NCBI GenBank assembly: GCA_047174605.1
Contig: JBCQTX010000001.1
Coordinates: 17,423-81,422, forward strand
Reading direction: 5' to 3'
DNA from: Rikenellaceae bacterium
GTDB taxonomy: Bacteria; Bacteroidota; Bacteroidia; Bacteroidales; Rikenellaceae
DNA: 64,000 nucleotides
The translations under genes were made by a program, and so were the position numbers. The notes under the pieces are model-generated. The model made no database searches. It was not told the origin of the DNA and saw only the letters and a program-made list of their open reading frames with translations. Shown in pieces: positions 58,061 through 64,000 of the stretch. Numbering within the stretch: the first letter of the stretch is position 1; every line of letters begins with the position of its first letter.

Positions 58061-59509
58061 ATGGATATAACACAACTTCAGCCGCAACTTTTGTGGAGAT
58101 ATTTCGATATAATAACCTCAATACCACGACCATCCGGCTCCGAAGAGGCGATCATTGGGTGGTTGATTGAGCAGGCAAACGACCACAACTTGGCCTATAA
58201 GAGAGATAGTGCCGGCAACCTACTCATCGAGGCTCCGGCGACCAACGGACTCGAAAATAGCAGCCGAATTACGATGCAAGCTCACGTTGATATGGTGTGC
58301 GAAAAGAGTGCATCCACCACACACGACTTCATGAAAGATCCAATCGAAACCTACATTGAGGATGGATGGATCAAGGCTCGTGGGACGACTCTAGGGGCCG
58401 ACTGCGGAATTGGTGTAGCGGCAGCTCTGGCAGCATTGACCGACCCAGAGTTGGAGCATGGCCCCTTGGAGGCGCTATTTTCTGTCGATGAGGAGAGGGG
58501 GCTTAGTGGAGCGTTTGGACTTGGAGAGGAGATGATAAATGGGAAATACCTCCTAAATCTCGATTCGGAAGATGAGGGCGAGATATTTATCGGATGTGCC
58601 GGAGGGATAGACACAACAGCACATTTTGAGATCGAACGTGAAGAGTTACCCGAGGGGATGAGATATCTTAAGGTGAGCATTGGAGGGTTACAAGGTGGCC
58701 ACTCCGGAGATGATATTAATAAAGGGCGAGCAAATGCCGTGAAGATTCTTTCGAGATTGCTCTTTGAGGCTTCGCTCACGATCGGAGCACGAATTATCGA
58801 TATGGAGTGTGGCAATCTTCGCAATGCGATTCCACGCGAGGGTTGGGCAACTATTGCTATTGAGAAGTGCGCTAAATCCTCTTTCGAGGCGCTATTTTTA
58901 GGATACAACACAACCATTAAAAATGAGTTCCAGCTGCTTGATCCCGGTGTTGAACTCACACTCGAAACGATCGATCACGCACCACAAAGGGCATTGAGTT
59001 TTTCAGATACATTCACCATCTTGGGCTCGCTGGTGGCACTTCCAAATGGCGTGATGGAGATGTCGCAGGTGATGGAGGGGTTGGTTGATAGCTCATCCAA
59101 TTTGGCCGCTGTCCATACCCATTCTGACCATGTAGTAGTACTCACATCGCAACGTTCGTCGACAATCGAGGGTCGAGAGAGGGTGAAAAATCAGGTGGCA
59201 ACATCCTTCACAGCAGCGAAGGCAACGATAAACCACTCAACAGGTTATCCGGGGTGGAGTCCAAACCCTGACTCGGAGCTACTCAAAAAGGCGATAGCTA
59301 GTTACAAGGAGCTATTTGGCGAAGAGCCAAAGGTGCGAGCTATCCATGCAGGGTTGGAGTGTGGGCTCTTTTTGGAGAGCTATCCCAACCTTGATATGAT
59401 CTCGTTTGGACCTACGATGCGAGGTGTTCACTCTCCTGACGAACGTCTCGAGATTGCATCGGTGGAGCGTTTTTGGAGCTATTTAGTAGCGATTATAAAA
59501 TCAATATAA
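58061..59509 (+). CDS. pepD: Aminoacyl-histidine dipeptidase (M20C)
   Basis: QAHVDMV, TLGAD, DEE, NLDSE, GGHSG, IHAGLECG and HSPDE. Confidence 0.92.
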   Translation: MDITQLQPQLLWRYFDIITSIPRPSGSEEAIIGWLIEQANDHNLAYKRDSAGNLLIEAPATNGLENSSRITMQAHVDMVCEKSASTTHDFMKDPIETYIEDGWIKARGTTLGADCGIGVAAALAALTDPELEHGPLEALFSVDEERGLSGAFGLGEEMINGKYLLNLDSEDEGEIFIGCAGGIDTTAHFEIEREELPEGMRYLKVSIGGLQGGHSGDDINKGRANAVKILSRLLFEASLTIGARIIDMECGNLRNAIPREGWATIAIEKCAKSSFEALFLGYNTTIKNEFQLLDPGVELTLETIDHAPQRALSFSDTFTILGSLVALPNGVMEMSQVMEGLVDSSSNLAAVHTHSDHVVVLTSQRSSTIEGRERVKNQVATSFTAAKATINHSTGYPGWSPNPDSELLKKAIASYKELFGEEPKVRAIHAGLECGLFLESYPNLDMISFGPTMRGVHSPDERLEIASVERFWSYLVAIIKSI

Positions 59510-59514
59510 GAGTA

Positions 59515-61824
59515 GTGCGAAGGGCAAAGATAATCCTAATATTGGCACTCATCTGTCTGCAGGCCAAAGCCGACGAGGTGAGCGATGTTATAATAGATCC
59601 GATCACGGATGTTGATGAAACTCTGTTTCGCGCTTCGATCCAATCAGCCGGAGATGAGGCATATAATGAGGCGACAAAGTATTACCGTTCGCCTGTGTCG
59701 CAACGCAGGCGAGGGGTCGATTGGTGGCTCAGCAACGAGATATTACAACCAAAAAGCGAGGCGAAGGAGGATTACGAGGCGATGATCGACATGAGCCGAA
59801 TACGGATGTTTGGCTCAACGCGTGGATATACGGCTGGTGGCAATCTAATCCTCTCGACAGTGACAAATCGAGGGTGGAGTCTCGCCGCTGATATCGATAT
59901 GCGAACAGGGCGCGATGCAAATATATCGGGGGTGTTCAGCCAAGATTTTCGAGGTGATTTCCATATCGGAAAGCTCTTCGATCGTGATCACTACATAACG
60001 ATCGACCTCACAACCCCAATCATGATGGAGGGGCTGCAGGGTGGTGCATCTCACAAGGCGATAACTCTCACAGGGGATAACCTCTATAACCCAGCGTGGG
60101 GATTTTATGACGGTGAGGTGCGGAATTCGCGAGTTAGAAGATATCGCGTTCCACAGCTCAATATTCGCTATCAACGTCCGATTGCCGGCTCGACGATTGG
60201 TGCGATTGAGCTTAATGCGAAGTCAGGCCGCAGCTCAGTGAGTCGATTGGGCTGGTATGATGGATATAACCCAACGCCAGACTATTATCGCAAACTCCCA
60301 AGCTATATCTCAAACAGCGAAACGAAAGCGGCCGTTGAGCAGTTGTGGCGAGATCAAAATAGCGATTACACCCAAATTGCATGGGATGATCTGGTGGAGG
60401 CCAACCAACGTTCGACCGATGGCGAGGCGCACTATATAATCGAAGATCAAGTGAAACAGGTTGCGAATGCAGATGCAAAATTGCTATTTAGAAGCGAGAT
60501 AGGAGATGGAATTCGCATGAGCTATGGCGCAAAGATCGACATCGACAAAAGTCGTTATTTCAAGGAGATGAACGACCTATTGGGGGCAGACCACTTGACC
60601 GATATAGATCAATATGTCGGAGACTACGCACACCTAAGTAACGATATGCAAAACAACCTACGTGACCCTAATCGGAAGGTGGTGAACGGGGATAAATTCG
60701 GCTATGATTATACCCTTTCTGGTATAAATACATTAGGTATTGTCTCGCTGGAGTATCGTTCGAATGCGATATCTGTGGAGTTATATGGCGAGTTTGGCGA
60801 GCAGAGAGTTGAGCGAATAGGACACTTCGAAAAGGAGCGTTTCGCAGGGGAGTTATCATATGGCAAATCAAAGAGTGTAACCCTTCCGGCAAGTTCGGCA
60901 AAGATCGATCTGGACTATGCACCAAATGCGCGCCACTCGATATCGCTATCTGCATCAACACACCGCATAGCGCCTCAGTCGAAGGATCTATTCATCCAAG
61001 AGCAGAATGCAAATCGAACAATCGACAATGCCACCTCACAGAGCGTAAGCTCCGCAGAGCTCAAATATAACTACGCATCGCCAGATTTTACCCTCAACAT
61101 AAACGGCTACTTCATCCGCTCACGAGATCAGATCAACACATGGCAATCATACGATGATATCACCTACACCTACTCCGATGTGGTGGTGAGTGGGATTGGA
61201 TCGACCTCTTTTGGGGTTGAAGCTGTCGGATATTACGAACTAAGCAAGACATTTCGGATCGACATGACCATCGCCGCTGGAGACTACACCTACGACACAG
61301 CCCCGACCATATCGCTCTATGACGATACCGACATGACACTCTATTCGACAAGTGAGGCGGATGCTGTTGTGGGTTGCAAGGTTGGAAACGCACCTCAACT
61401 TCTCACTACCTTTGGCATGACGCTCTTTGGCAAGAGCAGCTTTATCTTCTCGGCCGACTGCTCATATGCTGGTGGACGATATATAGCGCCATCATTTATG
61501 CGACGTTCTGATCGAGTTATTCGGGCTACGGGATCGCCAGAGATGGAGAGTGCAATTGTCGCTCAGAGTAATTTGGGGTCAGTGGTGGATGTCGCAGCAG
61601 CTGTCACAAAGACATTTTGGTTGGCTGATGATAATCGGATTTCGCTAACACTTCGGGTGAATAACCTGCTGGGGGATCGCGATCGCATAGATTACGCGAG
61701 GGAGTCGAATAGAATACTCCGCAACTCCGCTTCGAGCGACACGGGTGCATACTATCTGCAACCCAACATATATTACTATGATACGCCTCGCAGTTACTAT
61801 ATTTCATGCAACTATCTCTTTTAA
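59515..61824 (+). CDS. Large outer-membrane beta-barrel, TonB-dependent-receptor-like
   Basis: Signal peptide from GTG 59515, WGFYDGEVRNSRV, PTPDYYRKLPSY, VNNLL and a C-terminal Phe. Confidence 0.7.
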   Translation: MRRAKIILILALICLQAKADEVSDVIIDPITDVDETLFRASIQSAGDEAYNEATKYYRSPVSQRRRGVDWWLSNEILQPKSEAKEDYEAMIDMSRIRMFGSTRGYTAGGNLILSTVTNRGWSLAADIDMRTGRDANISGVFSQDFRGDFHIGKLFDRDHYITIDLTTPIMMEGLQGGASHKAITLTGDNLYNPAWGFYDGEVRNSRVRRYRVPQLNIRYQRPIAGSTIGAIELNAKSGRSSVSRLGWYDGYNPTPDYYRKLPSYISNSETKAAVEQLWRDQNSDYTQIAWDDLVEANQRSTDGEAHYIIEDQVKQVANADAKLLFRSEIGDGIRMSYGAKIDIDKSRYFKEMNDLLGADHLTDIDQYVGDYAHLSNDMQNNLRDPNRKVVNGDKFGYDYTLSGINTLGIVSLEYRSNAISVELYGEFGEQRVERIGHFEKERFAGELSYGKSKSVTLPASSAKIDLDYAPNARHSISLSASTHRIAPQSKDLFIQEQNANRTIDNATSQSVSSAELKYNYASPDFTLNINGYFIRSRDQINTWQSYDDITYTYSDVVVSGIGSTSFGVEAVGYYELSKTFRIDMTIAAGDYTYDTAPTISLYDDTDMTLYSTSEADAVVGCKVGNAPQLLTTFGMTLFGKSSFIFSADCSYAGGRYIAPSFMRRSDRVIRATGSPEMESAIVAQSNLGSVVDVAAAVTKTFWLADDNRISLTLRVNNLLGDRDRIDYARESNRILRNSASSDTGAYYLQPNIYYYDTPRSYYISCNYLF

Positions 61825-61874
61825 TTTTTCACAATATTTTTTGAAAAATATTTGGAACTAAAAAAAATTAATTG

Positions 61875-61882
61875 TAGTTTTG
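61875..61882 (+). promoter_or_regulatory. -7 promoter box of the trp operon
   Basis: TAGTTTTG(CA) lies 18 nt upstream of the leader ATG. Confidence 0.6.
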
Positions 61883-61900
61883 CAGAAATAAGATTAGAAA

Positions 61901-61960
61901 ATGATTTCATTTAGTTCAAATATCTATTGGTGGCGCAGCTTACGAGGAGAAAAATCGTGA
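61901..61960 (+). CDS. trpL: Trp operon leader peptide MISFSSNIYWWRSLRGEKS
   Basis: A 19-codon ORF with tandem TGG TGG lies upstream of a terminator and trpB. Confidence 0.85.
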   Translation: MISFSSNIYWWRSLRGEKS

Positions 61961-61998
61961 GTTAAGCAGCCGTATATATATGTGAACAATATTATATA

Positions 61999-62029
61999 GA
62001 GCCTGTCGCAACTTGCGGCAGGCTTTTTT
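61999..62029 (+). terminator. Attenuator terminator of the trp leader
   Basis: AGCCTGTCGCA-act-TGCGGCAGGCT followed by a T tract. Confidence 0.85.
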
Positions 62030-62062
62030 AATTACAAAAATACAAATTTAAATATAAAAATA

Positions 62063-63244
62063 ATGCAACAATTTAACGTCAGCCAAGATGGCTACTACGG
62101 AGAGTTCGGAGGAGCATTCATCCCCGAGATCCTCCATGCCACAGTCGAGGAGCTCAAAGCGCAGTACCTCAAAATCATCGAGAGCGAGGAGTTCCAGAGG
62201 GAGTATTACTCTCTGCTTCAGGATTATGTAGGTCGCCCATCGCCACTCTACCACGCTCGTCGCATGAGCGAGAAGTATGGAGCGAAGATCTACCTCAAAC
62301 GTGAGGATTTGAACCATACGGGGGCTCACAAAATCAACAACACCGTTGGTCAAATATTGATCGCACAGAAGATGGGCAAGAACAAGATTATCGCCGAGAC
62401 GGGAGCTGGTCAACATGGAGTGGCAACTGCAACGGTGTGTGCTCTCATGGGGTTGGAGTGCATCGTATTTATGGGTAAGACTGATGTTGAGCGCCAGATG
62501 CCAAATGTGAAGAAGATGGAGATGTTGGGCGCTAAGGTTGTGCCGGTGACATCGGGAAATATGACACTGAAAGATGCTACAAATGACGCAATTAGATATT
62601 GGTGTTCACACCCTGCCGACACCTTCTACATCATCGGATCGGTGGTAGGTCCTCACCCATATCCAGATATGGTGGCTCGCCTACAATCGGTGATCAGCAA
62701 GGAGATCAAGGAGCAGGTTATGGAGAAAGAGGGTCGTGACTATCCGGATCGCTTGGTCGCTTGTATCGGAGGAGGTAGCAACGCCGCAGGAACGATCTTC
62801 CACTACCTTGATGATGAGCGAGTTAAGATCAGTTTGGTGGAGGCTGCAGGACTGGGAGTCGAGACTAATGAGTCGGCAGCTACGATGGTTCTAGGCTCAC
62901 GAGGAATCATTCATGGATCACGCACGATGTTGATGCAGGATGAGGATGGTCAGATCATAGAGCCATACTCAATCTCAGCTGGTTTGGACTATCCGGGAGT
63001 TGGACCGCTACACGCACACCTCTCGCAGACCGGACGTGCGGAGGTACTCTCAGCAACAGATCAAGATGCACTTGATGCAGCGATGGAACTCACTCGCTTG
63101 GAGGGAATCATCCCCGCTTTGGAGAGTGCACACGCACTTGGTGCACTCAAAAAAATGACCTTTGCAAAGGACGAAGTGGTCGTTGTAACCCTCTCAGGAC
63201 GAGGCGATAAGGATATGGATACTTACCTTAAGCACTTTAAATAG
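62063..63244 (+). CDS. trpB: Tryptophan synthase beta chain
   Basis: [41 protein letters not shown] and LSGRGDKD. Confidence 0.97.
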   Translation: MQQFNVSQDGYYGEFGGAFIPEILHATVEELKAQYLKIIESEEFQREYYSLLQDYVGRPSPLYHARRMSEKYGAKIYLKREDLNHTGAHKINNTVGQILIAQKMGKNKIIAETGAGQHGVATATVCALMGLECIVFMGKTDVERQMPNVKKMEMLGAKVVPVTSGNMTLKDATNDAIRYWCSHPADTFYIIGSVVGPHPYPDMVARLQSVISKEIKEQVMEKEGRDYPDRLVACIGGGSNAAGTIFHYLDDERVKISLVEAAGLGVETNESAATMVLGSRGIIHGSRTMLMQDEDGQIIEPYSISAGLDYPGVGPLHAHLSQTGRAEVLSATDQDALDAAMELTRLEGIIPALESAHALGALKKMTFAKDEVVVVTLSGRGDKDMDTYLKHFK

Positions 63245-63290
63245 CGACTAAATAATGTCGAGTGCGTCAGCTAACGGCTTTTGCAAAAGC

Positions 63291-63445
63291 CGTCATCCCG
63301 GACTTGATGCGGGATCCCCCGAATTTTACGAATGTAAAATCTCGGGTAGATATAAAACCTATTTTACACACTAACGACGGAAGTCAGTATTACCCGAGAT
63401 TTCGTTCCGAAATTCGGGGGATCCCGCATCAAGTGCGGGATGACG
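63291..63445. repeat. 155-bp REPIN/MITE-like palindrome (family C)
   Basis: 36-bp terminal inverted repeats (35/36 identical, CGTCATCCCG[G/C]ACTTGATGCGGGATCCCCCGAATTT) plus an inner 12-bp inverted repeat AAATCTCGGGTA/TACCCGAGATTT. Confidence 0.88.
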
Positions 63446-63460
63446 AAATAGTAACAAAAA

Positions 63461-64000
63461 ATGAAAAAGATAAAATACCAAATAAAGCAACAAGAGTTCG
63501 CCGGGGATCTACACACTCCCGTGAGCCTATACTTAAAGCTCCGCGATCTATCGGAGCAGTCGGCACTCCTCGAGAGTTCAGACTATAACTCAGGCGAGAA
63601 TGCACGATCAATCATCGCCTTCTCCCCACTTGCATCTGTCGCGATCCTCAATGGCGAGGTCAAGACAACAATGCCCGACAAAAGAGTCTCAATCGAGCAG
63701 ATCACAAAGGAGTTCGGAGTATCGGAGGCGGTGACCAAATTCATGGACTCTTTCGATATCGACCCAAACTATAGCATTTACGGTTACACCTCATTCGATA
63801 CGGTGAAATACCTAGAGTCGATCCCAGTAAATCCCTCATCACCAAGTGATAACGATGCGCCAGATGTATTGTACGTACTCTTCCGCTACGCTCTGATCTT
63901 CGACCACTTCCACCATACGTTAACCCTTAAGGAGCTAATCGGCGAGGGCGAAACATCTGATAACGAGAGGATTATAGCCTCGATCGAGAGTCGCAACTTC
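63461..64000 (+). CDS. trpE: Anthranilate synthase component I (runs off the window end)
   Basis: MKKIKYQ...GDLHTPVSLYLKLRD...LLESSDY and GYTSFD; follows trpB. Confidence 0.9.
   Translation, partial: MKKIKYQIKQQEFAGDLHTPVSLYLKLRDLSEQSALLESSDYNSGENARSIIAFSPLASVAILNGEVKTTMPDKRVSIEQITKEFGVSEAVTKFMDSFDIDPNYSIYGYTSFDTVKYLESIPVNPSSPSDNDAPDVLYVLFRYALIFDHFHHTLTLKELIGEGETSDNERIIASIESRNF

Noticed and set aside
63262-63588. 108-aa ORF between trpB and trpE
   Set aside because: It reads through the palindromic repeat and overlaps trpE out of frame, so it is probably spurious.

Overview
This is mostly a housekeeping window from a Bacteroidota chromosome, most likely Rikenellaceae (Alistipes-like). The assignment is inferred from the TAnnTTTG -7 promoter boxes before most operons, the futalosine-pathway genes mqnB/mqnD, the zapA-6S-rny order and the trpB-first trp operon. 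Amino-acid biosynthesis genes: ilvDBNCA, asnB, gdhA, lysA, proCBA, aroA/aroC, and trpL-trpB-trpE'. Translation and RNA-modification genes: pheT, rsmE, rsmA, rlmH, dusB, rimO, prmC. The window also has recQ, recX, several peptidases and a few orphan glycan enzymes (GH117, GH43, a Ser-type sulfatase, a catalytically dead GH2 fragment) that hint at an algal-polysaccharide niche. I saw no rRNA, tRNA, CRISPR array, prophage or transposase. The most interesting signals are non-coding. (1) At 14225-14605 an inverted-repeat-flanked, almost C-free ~220-bp segment carries a consensus promoter pointing away from a ~145-nt ORF-less, terminator-ended UUUAGGUUGU-repeat region; this is a candidate invertible promoter controlling an sRNA. 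(2) Three families of dispersed palindromic elements occur, two with compensatory base changes: an RPE-1-like family, a modular GCTCnGCGGCGAGC family and a 155-bp REPIN-like hairpin. (3) A Trp attenuator and a probable 6S RNA are present. All calls come from motif recognition by eye; no database searches were run.
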